From positions 930,001-994,000 of the forward strand of contig OZ037847.1 of the NCBI GenBank assembly GCA_964035575.1: a stretch of 64,000 nucleotides of DNA, written 5' to 3'. The DNA comes from Rhynchopus sp. YZ270_cl-10 (Eukaryota). How positions within the stretch are numbered: the stretch's first letter is position 1; every line of letters starts with the position of its first letter. The notes beneath the pieces were generated by a model. The model ran no database searches and was not told the DNA's origin. It saw only the letters and a program-made list of their open reading frames with translations. The position numbers and the translations under genes were made by a program. Positions 63,236-64,000 of this stretch are shown here, piece by piece.

Positions 63236-64000
63236 ATGAGAAAGACAGTGTTTGCCTTATTTGCAGCATTTCTCTGTATTGAATGCTTGACACAGTGGGT
63301 TTTGGTTGGGGTTTCGGAGGGGGGTGTGGAAGGGGGTGTGTGGGTGGGGGCACATGGAATCCCGCTTCGCATCGCTGAACAGCACATTCTCTGTGGGAAG
63401 GCAGATGTACTGCGGGGTGCCTTACTCTATGCACTACCTTATGCATCAATAGCGGGGCACCATGTGCACAGTGCAATGACAGTCCTCACAACAGCCTTCA
63501 GTCTCAACCGGTCTGAAGCGATTCCTGAGGACAAAACCTGCCCTGTCTCTGACCCAACGGAAACTGCACCGCTGAACCACATCATTGACGAAACCGAATT
63601 GATTGCAAAAACCGTTTTTATTGTGTTCAACACACACGATATGGTGGTGGCTGGGGTAGGTGATGCCCGGTTTGGGGTGGGCACGGTCCCGAATATTGTC
63701 GCACTTCGACGAGAGGTTGAAGAACAACGTGACAACGTCTATCACCCAGGGGACGTCCTGCAGGGTGAAACGTACTATGCACAGAACGTTACGCTAGGTC
63801 TGTTCACGATAGCAAACGACATTGCTGCTGTGGTGGAGATGATGTGCCGTTGGGAGGTGATTCCTTTGGACTATTCATTTGATTCAGAACTGAAGGAAAT
63901 GGGGTTTGGGAGGAAGGGGGGGAAGCCTGATCCTCGGGGATGGGTTTTTGCCTGGCAACCCAGCGGCAGTGGCACCGCAGGTGATGGGGTGCTGCGTCGT
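63236..64000 (+). CDS. Partial hypothetical protein with a signal-peptide-like N-terminus (runs off the window)
   Basis: Manually translated frame from ATG 63236 (MRKTVFALFAAFLCIECL...) stays open to the window end. Confidence 0.7.
   Translation, partial: MRKTVFALFAAFLCIECLTQWVLVGVSEGGVEGGVWVGAHGIPLRIAEQHILCGKADVLRGALLYALPYASIAGHHVHSAMTVLTTAFSLNRSEAIPEDKTCPVSDPTETAPLNHIIDETELIAKTVFIVFNTHDMVVAGVGDARFGVGTVPNIVALRREVEEQRDNVYHPGDVLQGETYYAQNVTLGLFTIANDIAAVVEMMCRWEVIPLDYSFDSELKEMGFGRKGGKPDPRGWVFAWQPSGSGTAGDGVLRR

Overview
Eukaryotic, repeat-rich genomic DNA. The host is probably a euglenozoan protist (inferred: all host genes lie on the + strand, are apparently intronless and follow pyrimidine tracts, and a VIPER/TATE-type retroelement is present). 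Two large elements dominate. (1) An endogenous Polinton/Maverick (adintovirus-like) dsDNA virus with its core at ~4.8-16.0 kb. It encodes protein-primed PolB, a double-jelly-roll major capsid protein, a retroviral-like integrase, a pX-like core protein, an adenain-type protease, a Zn-ribbon/PLA2 protein, a minor capsid protein and an A32/FtsK packaging ATPase, followed by an intron-containing P-loop ATPase. It has its own cis-grammar: AAAATG starts, ATGA stop/start overlaps, an identical 23-bp hairpin at both convergent gene junctions, a recurring 19-bp motif, and a candidate -1 frameshift feeding an ATG-less protease. No matching terminal inverted repeats were found. (2) An apparently intact tyrosine-recombinase retrotransposon (56100-60821, minus strand; gag-YR-RT/RNaseH; identical split direct repeats A1-B1-A2-B2) inserted in a (GGGT)n tract. 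Also present: a gag fragment of a second YR-retroelement family, a 295-bp fragment of a sibling virus, a Crypton-type YR pseudogene, a tandem OTU/UIM ORF, several MITE/foldback elements and satellites, and host genes (methyltransferase, Ubl/WD40-like, triple CAP, IQ-motif protein, kinase fused to a pseudo-receiver, Qb-SNARE). All assignments come from motif recognition by eye; no database searches were run.
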